The notes below the pieces were generated by a model, which was not told where the DNA came from, made no database searches, and saw nothing but the letters and a program-made list of their open reading frames with translations. The position numbers and the translations under genes were made by a program. DNA of 64,000 nucleotides, taken from positions 896,001 to 960,000 of the forward strand of contig CAVVPN010000012.1 of assembly GCA_963750165.1 (NCBI GenBank). The letters are read 5' to 3'. Positions 20,029 through 30,076 of this stretch are shown here, piece after piece. Source of the stretch: an uncultured Gemmataceae bacterium (GTDB lineage Bacteria > Planctomycetota > Planctomycetia > Gemmatales > Gemmataceae). Position 1 is the first letter of the stretch. Each line of letters opens with the position of its first letter.

Positions 20029-22766
20029 GCGGCGCGGAGGTATCGCTGTTCCGCCTGTTCCGGGAGGAGGTCGCGGCCCACACGGCGACGCTGAGCGCCG
20101 GCCTGGTGGAGCTGGAGGCTGACGCCGCCAACCCGCAGCGCATCGAGCCGCTGATGCGGGCCGCTCACTCGCTCAAGGGGGCCGCCCGCATCGTCAACAT
20201 CGACCCGGCCGTGCGCCTGGCCCACGCCCTGGAGGACGCGCTCGTCGCCGCCCAGGAGGGCCACGTCCGCCTCGAACCCGCGGACATTGACCAGTGCCTG
20301 CGGGCCGCCGACCTGCTGGCCACCCTGAGCCAGATCGACGAGGACGCCGTGCCCACCTGGTCCGCCGAACACCAGGCGCGAGTGGAGCAACTCGCCGAGG
20401 TATTTCGCGGCATTCAGCAGGGCCAGCCGACGGCCACCGCGCCGGCGGTCGCTCCCACGAACGGGGCCGCCGCGCCGGCCGCGGAGCCGCGCGGCCTGGT
20501 CTTCACCGAGGAACCGGCGCCCGCCGCGGACGATGATTCGATGCTGGGCCTGTACCGCGAAGAGGTGCGCGTTCACGCCGCGGTTCTGAGCGATGGCCTG
20601 CGCCGCCTGGCCGCGGGACCGCTGCCGGCGGCGGACGTGGACGCCCTGATCCACGCGGCCCACACGCTGAACGGCGGCGCCCGGCTGCTCGGGCTGGAGC
20701 CGGCAGCCCAGGTGTGCCAGGCGTTGAAGCAGGCGCTCACCGCCATCCGCGACGGGGCGCTGCGCCTCGGGCCGGCGGAACTGGATGTCTGCGGTCGGGC
20801 GCTGGCGTTTCTGACGGGGCTGCAGCAGGTCAACGAGGAGACGCTGCCGGAGTGGACCGCCAGCCAGGGCGCGACCGTAACGGAACTGCGGCAGGCGCTC
20901 GACGGGTTGCCGCGGAGTCCGGTCACTGGACCCGTAGTGCAGGCGGCCCGCCTGCACAGCGATGGTGCAGGCGGGCCGCCTGCACCACGGGAAGCGGCGC
21001 CCGCAGCGAAGGAAAAAGACACGGCCCCGGAAGACGCCGTGGTCCGCGTGACGGCGCTGAGCCTGAACCGCCTGATGAGCCTGGCCGGCGAATCGCTGGT
21101 GCAGGCCCGCTGGCTGGCCCCGTTCTCGACGGCGCTGCTGAAACTGAAGAAACACCAGGACCACCTGCGCGGCCTGCTCAACGCCATCGCCCAGGCGCTG
21201 CCGCCCAGTCGCGACGGCGACGAGCTGCCCGGCCTGGTGGCGGAGGCGCGGCGGCTGGCGGACCACTGCCGGCAGGTGCTCGGCGAACGCACCGGCGAGT
21301 TCGATGACCACGCCAGCCGGGCGGAGGACCTGAACACCCGGCTGTACCGTGAGGTCATCAGCAGCCGTATGCGGCCGTTCGCCGACGGCGCCCACGGCTT
21401 CCCGCGCCTGGTCCGCGACCTGGCCCGCAGCCTCGGCCGCAAGGCCCGCCTGGAAATTGACGGGGCCGACACGCCGGTGGACCGCGACATCCTGGAAAAA
21501 CTGGACGCGCCGTTGAACCACCTGCTGCGCAACGCTGTGGATCACGCCATCGAGTCGCCGGAACTGCGCCGCGCCGCCGGCAAACCCGAGGCTGGGCTGA
21601 TCCGCGTCGAGGCCCGCCACCGCGCCGGCATGTTGGCGATCACCGTCAGCGACGACGGCCGCGGCATCAACGTGGAATCCGTGCGCCGCAAGGTGGTGGA
21701 CCGCGGCCTGGCCACGGCGGCCATGGCGCAGTCGCTGTCCGAGGTGGAGTTGCTGGAGTTCCTGTTCCTGCCCGGCTTCTCGACGGCGACGGCGGTGACG
21801 GAGGTGTCGGGCCGCGGCGTCGGCCTGGACGTGGTGCTGACCGCGGCGCGAGCGGTGGGCGGTTCGGCCCGCGTTACGACACACCTGGGCCGCGGCACCG
21901 CGTTCCACCTGCAGCTGCCGATCACGCTGTCGGTGCTGCGGGCGGTGCTGGTGGAGATCGCCGGCGAGGTCTACGCCTTCCCGCACAACCGCATCGAGCG
22001 CATCCTGCGCGTGCCGCGCGCGGAGGTGCGCTCACTGGAGAATCGGCAATACCTCGTGCTGGACGGGCTCAACGTCGGCCTGGTGCTGGCGGCGCAGGTG
22101 CTGGACCTGCCGGCGGCGCCGCCGGCCGACGAGGACGTGTGCGTCGTGCTGCTGGGCGACGGCACCGGGGTGTACGGCCTGATCGTTGAGGCGTTTCGCG
22201 GTGAGCAGGACCTGGTGGTGCGGCCGCTGGACGCACGGCTCGGCAAGGTGCCCAACCTCAGCGCCGCCGCCATCCTGGACGACGGCTCGCCGGTGCTGAT
22301 CGTGGACACCGAGGACCTGATTCGCTCGGCAGACCGCTTCATTCAGGAGCGGACGCTGCGCCGCTACGAGCCGGTGGCGAAGGCGGAGCGGCCGCGCAAG
22401 CGCGTGCTGGTGGTGGACGACTCGATCACGGTGCGTGAGGTGGAGCGGCAGCTGCTACGGCACCACGGCTACGAGGTAGCGCTGGCGGTGGATGGTCAGG
22501 AGGGTTGGAACGCCGTGCGCTCCGAGCCGTTCGACCTGGTGGTCAGCGACGTGGACATGCCGCGCATGAACGGCTTCGAACTGGTGCGGGCAGTGCGCCG
22601 CGACCCGGCGCTGCGGCAACTGCCGGTGATTATCGTCTCGTACAAGGACCGCGAGGAGGACCGGCTGAAAGGCCTGGACGCCGGCGCGAATTATTACTTA
22701 ACCAAGAGCAGCTTTCATGACGAGACGTTTCTGCGGGCGGTGGCGGATTTGATCGGTGAAGCGTAA
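20025..22766 (+). CDS. hybrid CheA-CheY histidine kinase (WspE-like) with two Hpt domains
   Basis: AAHSLKGAAR and AAHTLNGGAR Hpt motifs, HLLRNAVDH, SDDGRG, GFST..SGRGVGLD, CheW domain, C-terminal REC (LVVDDS, SDVDMP). Confidence 0.95.
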   Translation: MSGAEVSLFRLFREEVAAHTATLSAGLVELEADAANPQRIEPLMRAAHSLKGAARIVNIDPAVRLAHALEDALVAAQEGHVRLEPADIDQCLRAADLLATLSQIDEDAVPTWSAEHQARVEQLAEVFRGIQQGQPTATAPAVAPTNGAAAPAAEPRGLVFTEEPAPAADDDSMLGLYREEVRVHAAVLSDGLRRLAAGPLPAADVDALIHAAHTLNGGARLLGLEPAAQVCQALKQALTAIRDGALRLGPAELDVCGRALAFLTGLQQVNEETLPEWTASQGATVTELRQALDGLPRSPVTGPVVQAARLHSDGAGGPPAPREAAPAAKEKDTAPEDAVVRVTALSLNRLMSLAGESLVQARWLAPFSTALLKLKKHQDHLRGLLNAIAQALPPSRDGDELPGLVAEARRLADHCRQVLGERTGEFDDHASRAEDLNTRLYREVISSRMRPFADGAHGFPRLVRDLARSLGRKARLEIDGADTPVDRDILEKLDAPLNHLLRNAVDHAIESPELRRAAGKPEAGLIRVEARHRAGMLAITVSDDGRGINVESVRRKVVDRGLATAAMAQSLSEVELLEFLFLPGFSTATAVTEVSGRGVGLDVVLTAARAVGGSARVTTHLGRGTAFHLQLPITLSVLRAVLVEIAGEVYAFPHNRIERILRVPRAEVRSLENRQYLVLDGLNVGLVLAAQVLDLPAAPPADEDVCVVLLGDGTGVYGLIVEAFRGEQDLVVRPLDARLGKVPNLSAAAILDDGSPVLIVDTEDLIRSADRFIQERTLRRYEPVAKAERPRKRVLVVDDSITVREVERQLLRHHGYEVALAVDGQEGWNAVRSEPFDLVVSDVDMPRMNGFELVRAVRRDPALRQLPVIIVSYKDREEDRLKGLDAGANYYLTKSSFHDETFLRAVADLIGEA

Positions 22767-22769
22767 TAG

Positions 22770-22846
22770 AATTGCCAATTGACAATTGACAATTGCCAAT
22801 TGAAAAACATCGCAGGTGCTGTCTTTCAATTGGCAATTGGCAATTC
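22770..22846. repeat. heptamer tandem repeats (CAATTG[A/C/G]) arranged as an inverted repeat
   Basis: AATTGCCAATTGACAATTGACAATTGCCAATTGAAA...TTTCAATTGGCAATTGGCAATT. Confidence 0.8.
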
Positions 22847-22860
22847 CCACGGAGTGGGTC

Positions 22861-23898
22861 ATGCGCGTGGGCATCGTCAACGATCTGGCCCTGGCCTGTG
22901 AGGTGCTGCGGCGGGCGGTGACCGCGGTGCCGGGCTACGCCGTCGCCTGGGTCGCGGTCAACGGCGCCGAGGCGGTGCGTCTGGCGCACGACGACCCGTC
23001 TGATGTCATTCTGATGGACCTCATCATGCCCGTGATGGACGGCGTCGAGGCCACGCGGCGCATCATCAGCGCCACGCCCTGCCCCATCCTGCTGGTCACG
23101 AGCAGCGTTCACGGCAACTTCAGCAAGGTCTACGAGGCGATGGGCCACGGCGCCCTCGACGCGGTGGACACGCCCACGCTCGGGCCGCAGGGGGCACTGG
23201 TCGGTGGCGACGGGCTGCTGACGCGGCTGGCCCGGCTGGAGCGCGAACAGGTTGCGCTACGATCCGCGGCGTCGGATCGGGCGCCCCCGACTCCCGGCCC
23301 CAGGCCGCCGGCTGGTAGGGCCACGCCAGCGCTGCTGGCCGTGGGGGCCTCAACCGGCGGCCCGGACGCCCTGGCGCGCGTCCTGGCGGCGCTGCCCGCG
23401 ACGCTGCCGGTAGCCGTGGTGCTCGTCCAGCACATCGGGGTCGGCTTCGCGCCCAGCCTGGCCCAGTGGCTTCAGGGCAAGACGGCCCTGCCGGTGCGCC
23501 TGGCCGCCACGGGCGAGGTGCCGCGTCCGGGCGTGATCCTGCTCGCCGCCACGGACGACCACCTCGTACTGCAGCCCGACGGCCGGCTGGCCTACACGCA
23601 CGAGCCGCGCGAAAATCCCTTCCGGCCCTCGGTGGATGTGTTCTTCCAGAGCCTGGCGCAGGGCTGGCCGCGCCCGGGGGTGGCGGTGCTGCTAACCGGC
23701 ATGGGCAGCGACGGCGGCGCGGGGCTGCTGCGGCTGCGTCAGGCCGGCTGGCTGACGCTGGCCCAGGACGAGGCCACCAGCGTGGTCTATGGCATGCCGA
23801 AGGCCGCCGCCGAACTCGGCGCCGCCTGCCTGACGCTGCCGCTGGACCGCATCGGCCCGGCCGCCGTCGGCCACCTGCAGGGCGCGCGCGGCGGCTGA
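22861..23898 (+). CDS. cheB: chemotaxis response regulator / methylesterase CheB (WspF-like)
   Basis: MRVGIVND REC domain, GASTGG, VQH, RPSVD, LTGMGSDG, SVVYGMP. Confidence 0.93.
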   Translation: MRVGIVNDLALACEVLRRAVTAVPGYAVAWVAVNGAEAVRLAHDDPSDVILMDLIMPVMDGVEATRRIISATPCPILLVTSSVHGNFSKVYEAMGHGALDAVDTPTLGPQGALVGGDGLLTRLARLEREQVALRSAASDRAPPTPGPRPPAGRATPALLAVGASTGGPDALARVLAALPATLPVAVVLVQHIGVGFAPSLAQWLQGKTALPVRLAATGEVPRPGVILLAATDDHLVLQPDGRLAYTHEPRENPFRPSVDVFFQSLAQGWPRPGVAVLLTGMGSDGGAGLLRLRQAGWLTLAQDEATSVVYGMPKAAAELGAACLTLPLDRIGPAAVGHLQGARGG

Positions 23899-24159
23899 CC
23901 GGCAGACCCTCGGTTGCTTCGACAGCCCGGCAAGGCGAACTTGATGGGGCATCCGTTCGGTCCCAAGCGACGCCAACACGGCGCCTCCAGGGAGTATTGG
24001 GAATTGAACAACCCGCGCCGAATGGATCCGCGAGGCGGACGGCGGGAGAAGGGCAGGCAGCCGTAGGACGATTTTCAGAAGCGTGTTCGGAAAACAGAGG
24101 GCGCAAGGGTGGCGGAGGTGTTGGGCGACAACAGGCCGCCTCTGGCACGCCCGCGGTCG

Positions 24160-24981
24160 TTACTCGTAGCGCCGCAACAGCAAATACTCCACCAACCACA
24201 ACAACGTCCCCAGGCTCTGATCGTTGCGGTCGCGGCCCGGCTCGAACTCCGACAGCGCCACCGCCGTGACGTTCGCGCCCCACGCCGCGTCCAGCAACCG
24301 CAGCAGCAGCGGCGGACTGAGCCCGAACGGCAGCGGCTGCGCCAGCGCCGGAAAGTACGCCGCGTCGAAGACGTCGCAGTCGATGTCCAGCACCACCCGC
24401 CGCGCTGCCCCCGCCGCCTGCCGCAGCCAGCGCAGCGCCGGCCCCGGATCGATGGCCAGCGCCGCCGCCGAAAACGTCTGCTTGTAATAGCGGCCGACAT
24501 ACTCCGGCGTCAGCAGCAACTCGCGGTGGCCCAGGTTTACCAACGGCGGCAGCGACCCCGCGGCGTGCAGCAGAAAATTGCCGTGCGACAGCTCCGCCGT
24601 GCAGTCCGTCAAGTTGTACACGTCCAGGTGAGCGTCGAACTGCACCACCAGCGTGCCCTCCGGCTCGGCGCTCAACTCGTCGTACAGCGGCAGCGCTCCG
24701 AGGTGGTTGCCGGCCAGCCAGAACACCAGATCGCCGCGCCGCCACGCCTGCCGCAGCGCTCGCCGGCCGCGCCGCCGCCAGTCGCCATAATCGGCCAGCG
24801 TCTCGAAGCCGACCTCGCGCAGCCGCACCTGCTCCTGGTAGGCCCGCGCCCGCGTCGGCTGCCGTTCGCGGCGGTTGTCGTCGAACATCTCGGCGATGGC
24901 ATCGCGCAGCAACTCCGCTCCGGCGCCGGCACCGCGGCTGCCGAATAAATCGAAAGGGAAAGCGATGACGCTGGTACTCAC
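24160..24981 (-). CDS. arginase/agmatinase (ureohydrolase) family protein
   Basis: GNHLG, QFDAHLD, ELSHG, LDIDCD metal-binding motifs. Confidence 0.85.
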   Translation of the reverse strand: MSTSVIAFPFDLFGSRGAGAGAELLRDAIAEMFDDNRRERQPTRARAYQEQVRLREVGFETLADYGDWRRRGRRALRQAWRRGDLVFWLAGNHLGALPLYDELSAEPEGTLVVQFDAHLDVYNLTDCTAELSHGNFLLHAAGSLPPLVNLGHRELLLTPEYVGRYYKQTFSAAALAIDPGPALRWLRQAAGAARRVVLDIDCDVFDAAYFPALAQPLPFGLSPPLLLRLLDAAWGANVTAVALSEFEPGRDRNDQSLGTLLWLVEYLLLRRYE

Positions 24982-25096
24982 GCGCAACCCGCCCCGTCGG
25001 CCGCCCTTGCCATTCGCCCAGGGCCGGCCAGCGTATACAATGAAGGCCATTCGACTTCGGCTGTTCCTTTCAGATATAGGACCGGGGCCCGTCCTC

Positions 25097-25618
25097 ATGC
25101 AAGCCATCGGTGATTTTTACGTGGCCCACACCGCGGTCGTCCTCGGTGACGTGGTGCTGGCACCGGGCGTGAACGTCTGGTACGGTACGGTGGTCCGCGG
25201 CGATCTGGCGACCATCACGCTCGGCCCCAATGTTAACCTCCAGGACGGCTGCGTCGTGCATACCGACTTCGGATGTCCCATGCTTGTCGAGGAAGGCGTG
25301 GTGGTCGGCCATCTGGTGATGCTGCACGGCAGCCGTGTCGGCCGCGATAGCCTGGTCGGCATCGGCGCCCGACTGCTGGCGGGCAGTGACATCGGCGCGG
25401 AGTGCCTGATCGCCGCCGGGGCGCTGGTGACCGAAGGGAAGAGGATTCCGCCACGCTCGGTCGTGATGGGCGTACCGGGCAAGATCGTTCGCGAAGTCAC
25501 CGACGCGGAGGTGCAGCGGACACGCGACATCTGCCAGCATTATCTCGACCGGGCGCGGCGGCACGCGGCCGGCGAGTTCCCACCGCCGTGGCAGCGCGGC
25601 GCACGAGAGGACCGATGA
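25097..25618 (+). CDS. gamma carbonic anhydrase family (hexapeptide repeat) protein
   Basis: VLGDV, VVRGD, NLQDGCVVH, VGHLVMLHG, GVPGKIVR. Confidence 0.92.
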   Translation: MQAIGDFYVAHTAVVLGDVVLAPGVNVWYGTVVRGDLATITLGPNVNLQDGCVVHTDFGCPMLVEEGVVVGHLVMLHGSRVGRDSLVGIGARLLAGSDIGAECLIAAGALVTEGKRIPPRSVVMGVPGKIVREVTDAEVQRTRDICQHYLDRARRHAAGEFPPPWQRGAREDR

Positions 25619-26781
25619 ACGCACCGCTGGAAACCCTGATCTACACGCAGCAAAGCTCGCCGGAAATCAACCTGGCGACGCCGAGCGACCGCCGCGCGGA
25701 CATCGACGCCAAGCAGGCGCAGATCGCCTTGCTGCTGCGCGACGTGCAGTGCGAGGGGCTGGTGGTGCTCGACCCCGAGAACTTCGCCTGGTTGAGCGCG
25801 GGCGGGGCCGCTCGCAGCATCGTGGACCCGGCCGACCTGCCAGCGCTGTACTTCAGCCCCGACGGCCGCTGGGCGCTGTGCAGCAATGTCGATTCGCAGC
25901 GCCTCTTCGACGAGGAACTCGACGGCCTCGGCTTCCAGTTGAAGGAGTGGCCGTGGCACTGGGGCCGGGCACAACTGCTGGCGGACCTGCTCCAGAGCCG
26001 CAAGGCCGCCAGCGATCTGCCGCTAAACGGCTGCAAGGTGATCGCGGACAAACTGCGGTCGCTGCGGCGGCGGACCACCCCCTATGAGCAGGCCTGCTAC
26101 CGGGCGCTGGGGCATCTGGTCAGCCACGCCCTGGAAGCGACCTGTCGCAACCTGAACCCCGGCGACACCGAGCGCGAGGTCGCCGGCCAGCTGAGCCACC
26201 GCCTCATCCACCGCGGCGCCAACCCGGTGGTGCTCGGTATTGCCGCCGACGGCCGCTCGCAGCGATACCGGCAATGCGGCTTCACGGCGGCGCCGGTGCG
26301 GTCGCTGTGTGTCGTCAGCGTGCTCGCACGCAAGTATGGCCTGTGCGCCGCCGCCAGCCGATCGGTCTGCTTCGGTGCGCCGGAGGCCGCGTTCCGCCGC
26401 GATCACGACACCTGCTGCAAGATCACCGCCAATTACGTCGCCAGCAGCTGGCCGGACGCGATGCCGCGGCAGATTCTGGCCGCGGCGCGGCGGCTCTACC
26501 AGTACAACGGAGCGGAGCACGAGTGGCTGCTGAGTCCCCAGGGCCATATCACCGGCCACTCCCCGGTCGAGTTGCCCTTGACGCCACAAACCGAGGAACT
26601 GCTGGGCAACAACTGGGTGGTGAACTGGCGCGCCAGCGTGGGTGCGGCGCTCAGCTGCGACACCTTCCTGCTCACCCGGGAGGGGCCGCGCGCGGTGACG
26701 GCGCCGGAGAACTGGCCGCTGAAGCGCATCCGCATCCAGGGCGATGAATTCGTCCGCCCCGACGTGCTCGTCCGCGGCTGA
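25615..26781 (+). CDS. M24 (Xaa-Pro peptidase-like) family protein, possibly degenerate
   Basis: creatinase-like N-domain (ENFAWLSAGG), PGDTEREVA, GLCAAASRSV, QGHITGH; canonical metal ligands not evident. Confidence 0.65.
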   Translation: MNAPLETLIYTQQSSPEINLATPSDRRADIDAKQAQIALLLRDVQCEGLVVLDPENFAWLSAGGAARSIVDPADLPALYFSPDGRWALCSNVDSQRLFDEELDGLGFQLKEWPWHWGRAQLLADLLQSRKAASDLPLNGCKVIADKLRSLRRRTTPYEQACYRALGHLVSHALEATCRNLNPGDTEREVAGQLSHRLIHRGANPVVLGIAADGRSQRYRQCGFTAAPVRSLCVVSVLARKYGLCAAASRSVCFGAPEAAFRRDHDTCCKITANYVASSWPDAMPRQILAAARRLYQYNGAEHEWLLSPQGHITGHSPVELPLTPQTEELLGNNWVVNWRASVGAALSCDTFLLTREGPRAVTAPENWPLKRIRIQGDEFVRPDVLVRG

Positions 26782-26862
26782 TCGGTCTTGGCAAACGCCG
26801 CCACCTTTGTTATGGAGGCCCGCCCCCATCATGGGGACGGCCGGTTTCAGTGAGTCGCATCC

Positions 26863-27750
26863 GTGCATGAAACAGCCGCCGGTGCGCCGCGCCACGTCGC
26901 GGTGTTGCCGGCCGAGGTTCTGTCGCTGTTGCAGCCGCAGCCCGGACAGACGTTCGTGGACTGCACTGTCGGCGCCGGCGGTCACGCCCGGCTGCTCGCC
27001 GAGCGGCTCGGCCCTGACGGCCTGCTCATCGGCCTCGACCAGGATCCGGCCATGCTGGAACTGGCCCGGCCGCGCCTCACCGGCTGTCGCGTGGAGTTGC
27101 GGCACACGAACTTCGAGCATCTGCCCGGCGTGCTGGCGAAGCTGGGCATCATGGCGGTTCATGGCGTGCTGGCGGACCTGGGGTTTTGCTCCGATCAGCT
27201 GGAGGCAGCGCGCGGCCTGAGTTTTCAGCAGCCCGGGCCGCTCGACATGCGGCTCGACCAGACGCGCGGCCAGACCGCGGCGGATTTGCTGCGGCACCTC
27301 AACGAGCGCGACCTGGCCGACCTCATTTACCAGTACGGCGAGGAACGCCACAGCCGCCGCATCGCCCGCCGCATCGTGGAAGCGCGGCGGCTGACGCCGG
27401 TGGAGACGACGGAGCAACTGGCGGAGTTGGTGCGGCGCTGCGTGCCGCGGTCGAAGAGTGGCATCGACCCGGCGACGCGGACGTTTCAGGCGCTGCGGAT
27501 CGCCGTCAATGACGAACTGGGAGCGCTGGAGCGGTTGCTCAAGGCGCTGCCGCGTTGCGTCCAGCCGGGCGGCCGCGTGGCCCTCATCAGCTTCCATTCG
27601 CTGGAGGACCGGCGAGTCAAGCACGCGCTGCGCGACCGTGCGGTGTGGCAGGCGTTGACGCGCAAGCCGGTGCAGGCGACGGACGAGGAAGTGGCCGGCA
27701 ATCCGCGGGCCCGCAGTGCCAAGCTGCGGGCGGCGGTGCGCGGCGCGTAG
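26863..27750 (+). CDS. rsmH: 16S rRNA (C1402-N4)-methyltransferase
   Basis: HVAVL, DCTVGAGGHA, DLG..S.QL, PLDMR, YGEE, ATRTFQALRIAVNDEL, ISFHSLEDR, NPRARSAKLR. Confidence 0.97.
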   Translation: MHETAAGAPRHVAVLPAEVLSLLQPQPGQTFVDCTVGAGGHARLLAERLGPDGLLIGLDQDPAMLELARPRLTGCRVELRHTNFEHLPGVLAKLGIMAVHGVLADLGFCSDQLEAARGLSFQQPGPLDMRLDQTRGQTAADLLRHLNERDLADLIYQYGEERHSRRIARRIVEARRLTPVETTEQLAELVRRCVPRSKSGIDPATRTFQALRIAVNDELGALERLLKALPRCVQPGGRVALISFHSLEDRRVKHALRDRAVWQALTRKPVQATDEEVAGNPRARSAKLRAAVRGA

Positions 27751-27798
27751 TGGGTGGGGCGGGCGGCCCCACGGCGGCCGAAACGGAAAGGAGTCCCG

Positions 27799-29565
27799 AT
27801 GACCCGCGAGACCAAGCTTTGTCTGGGGATGGCCGGCGCGTTCGTCAGCTTGCTGACGGTCGTGGTCGTCAACAAACTGCAGGAAGGCGAACCGCCGGCG
27901 ACACCGGTGGTGGTGCGAACCGAAACCAAACCGGAGGTCCCGAGCAAACCGAAACCGGCGGCCAAATCGCTACCGGAATCCGAGGTAAAACAGGCCGTCA
28001 ATACTCAACCGGGCCATTTACCTCCGCTGCCGGCGACACAGGAGATCAAGCCGGACACTCTCCAGGTGCCTGCGGTGGCGCCGACTTACGGGAACTACAA
28101 CACCACGGCTCCTCCCGTGCCGTTACCGGAGAACAAATCGGCTACCTTTGGCGCACCGACGGCTTTGGCGCCACCCGTACCGCTGCCGCCCGACGGCCAG
28201 ACGACGCCGGCGAAGACCCCGAACACCCATCCGAACCAGCTGGTGAGCCAGGCGCCCGCAACCACCAATCTCAATGGCCCGGCCCCGACCTTCAACATCC
28301 CGCCGGTCACGGGCAAGGACAGCTTCAACACGAATGGTGCGTCGCTGGTGAAGCCCGCGTCTGCCCAGAGCCCGGGAAATGACAAGAACCTGCCACCGGT
28401 GCCGTCGGTGCTGCCGACGCCGGTGCCGCCGACCGACCTGAAGCCGAACGCGCCGCCGGCCATTCCGACTTCCTCGGGAGTGCAGCAAAAGAACGACAAA
28501 AGCCCGGTCACTGAGGACGTGTTGAAGAAGCAGGTGATGGCAATGGGGCAACCTCCGGTTCCGGCGGCACCGACCCCGGCCGTCTCCACTGCCCCGGTAA
28601 TTCCCGCGGTAAATGCGTCGGACCTCAAGCCGATCGTGCCGCCCGTCGCGCCCAGCAACACCGGCAAGCCCGGCGGGTCGTCCGGCCCTCCGACGCCCAT
28701 GTCACCCGACTACTTGACGAACTCGAAGCCCCCGGCGGTCCAGCGCCTTGACAACCTCGCGCCGCCGCCGACCGCACCGCTGGCTCTGAACGGCGGCGCG
28801 CCGAAGCCGGGTGAACCGCTGCCGCCGGTGTCAATTCCCAACGCGGGCGGAGTCCAGACCGGAGCACCCGCGCTGCGGCCCAGCCCTGCGACGATGCAGC
28901 AGCCACCGGTCACGGTCGGCGCGACGCCGGTGGTCAAGGACTTCCTGGTACAGAACATCACCCTCAAGCCGGAGGACACGAATTTCGCCGAGTTCACCAG
29001 GCAGCACTGTATCTCGGCGAGCTACGCCCAGGCGCTGCTCCAGTACAACCTCGAAGAGAATCCAGCGAACTCGGGCCTGCGGCAAAATCCGCCGCAAATG
29101 CAACCCGGGATGACGGTCAAGGTGCCGCCGGTGAGTGTGCTGGAGGATCGTTATCCGCACCTGCTGCCCGGACTGAAGCCGCTGACGCCCACGCCGGCCC
29201 CCGCAGCCGCTCCGCCGCCAGCCGCCGTCAACCCACAGCTGCGCACGTCCTCCATGTCGCCAGCGGCCGAGCCCACGGTATCGGTGAGCACACTGCCGGC
29301 GGCCCCGGTGCGGTCGTCCGTGCCGGTGGTGGCCGCGCCCGCTGCACCGGTGATTCCCGCTGGGCCGCCGGTCGCGAGCACGGGCGGCGCCGTTGCGACC
29401 GCGGGCTCACGGCAGTATGTCGTTCAGGTGCAGGGAGAACGGATGCGAGACATCGCCGAGCGGACGCTCGGAGATCCCGAACGGTGGAGCGAAATTTATC
29501 GGCTGAACGAGACGATCAACCCGGCGTATCCGATCCCCGTCGGCACGACGCTGCGGTTGCCGTGA
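27799..29565 (+). CDS. membrane-anchored Pro-rich protein with C-terminal LysM-like domain(s)
   Basis: MTRETKLCLG plus TM helix, long Pro-rich linker, YVVQVQGERMRDIAERTLGDPERWSEIYRLN...IPVGTTLRLP. Confidence 0.8.
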   Translation: MTRETKLCLGMAGAFVSLLTVVVVNKLQEGEPPATPVVVRTETKPEVPSKPKPAAKSLPESEVKQAVNTQPGHLPPLPATQEIKPDTLQVPAVAPTYGNYNTTAPPVPLPENKSATFGAPTALAPPVPLPPDGQTTPAKTPNTHPNQLVSQAPATTNLNGPAPTFNIPPVTGKDSFNTNGASLVKPASAQSPGNDKNLPPVPSVLPTPVPPTDLKPNAPPAIPTSSGVQQKNDKSPVTEDVLKKQVMAMGQPPVPAAPTPAVSTAPVIPAVNASDLKPIVPPVAPSNTGKPGGSSGPPTPMSPDYLTNSKPPAVQRLDNLAPPPTAPLALNGGAPKPGEPLPPVSIPNAGGVQTGAPALRPSPATMQQPPVTVGATPVVKDFLVQNITLKPEDTNFAEFTRQHCISASYAQALLQYNLEENPANSGLRQNPPQMQPGMTVKVPPVSVLEDRYPHLLPGLKPLTPTPAPAAAPPPAAVNPQLRTSSMSPAAEPTVSVSTLPAAPVRSSVPVVAAPAAPVIPAGPPVASTGGAVATAGSRQYVVQVQGERMRDIAERTLGDPERWSEIYRLNETINPAYPIPVGTTLRLP

Positions 29566-29622
29566 ACGGACGCCGCTGGCGGCGTAGCGGAAGCGCGCTA
29601 CGCCGCTCGAGCGGTTCGCAGT

Positions 29623-29692
29623 TGGGTGTAGCGGAAGTCGCCAGACTTCCGTCCGGTGCTGCTCGGAAGTCTGGCGACTTCCGCTACACCCA
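29623..29692. repeat. REP-like palindrome between convergent genes
   Basis: TGGGTGTAGCGGAAGTCGCCAGACTTCCG...CGGAAGTCTGGCGACTTCCGCTACACCCA. Confidence 0.85.
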
Positions 29693-29723
29693 TTCGCAAT
29701 CTGCAATAGCGGCACCCCACGCT

Positions 29724-30076
29724 CTAGAACTGGTCGAGCCAGAAGTGGAAGCCTCTGTAGTACTTCTGTGGCTGCCACAGTTCGTAGCGCCACTTCGGTT
29801 CGAGGAACGGCGGATAGGCCATGTACGCCGGTGGCCGCATGTAGGGCGCCCCTGCGGCTCAGGCCATTGCGGACTGTACGCCGGCCAGTAGTTGTGCGGG
29901 AAGTAGTAGTAAGGGTAGTAGTAGAACCGTTGCAGCTGGTACGCCTGCGACTGGTTCTGGAACTGGTTGTACGGCGGAGACGGATACGGCGGATGCTGGG
30001 CTTCGCTTTGCGACGCCAGCAGCCCCACCAGGCCGAGCGACCCAGCGAGCAGGGCGGCCCACGTTCGACGTGCCAC
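29724..30076 (-). CDS. small secreted Tyr/Pro-rich protein (one frameshift at ~29850)
   Basis: GGAGGA RBS, signal peptide, QRFYYYPYYYFPHNYWP...PQG, then +1 G restores APYMRPPAYMAYPPFLEPKWRYELWQPQKYYRGFHFWLDQF*. Confidence 0.7.
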
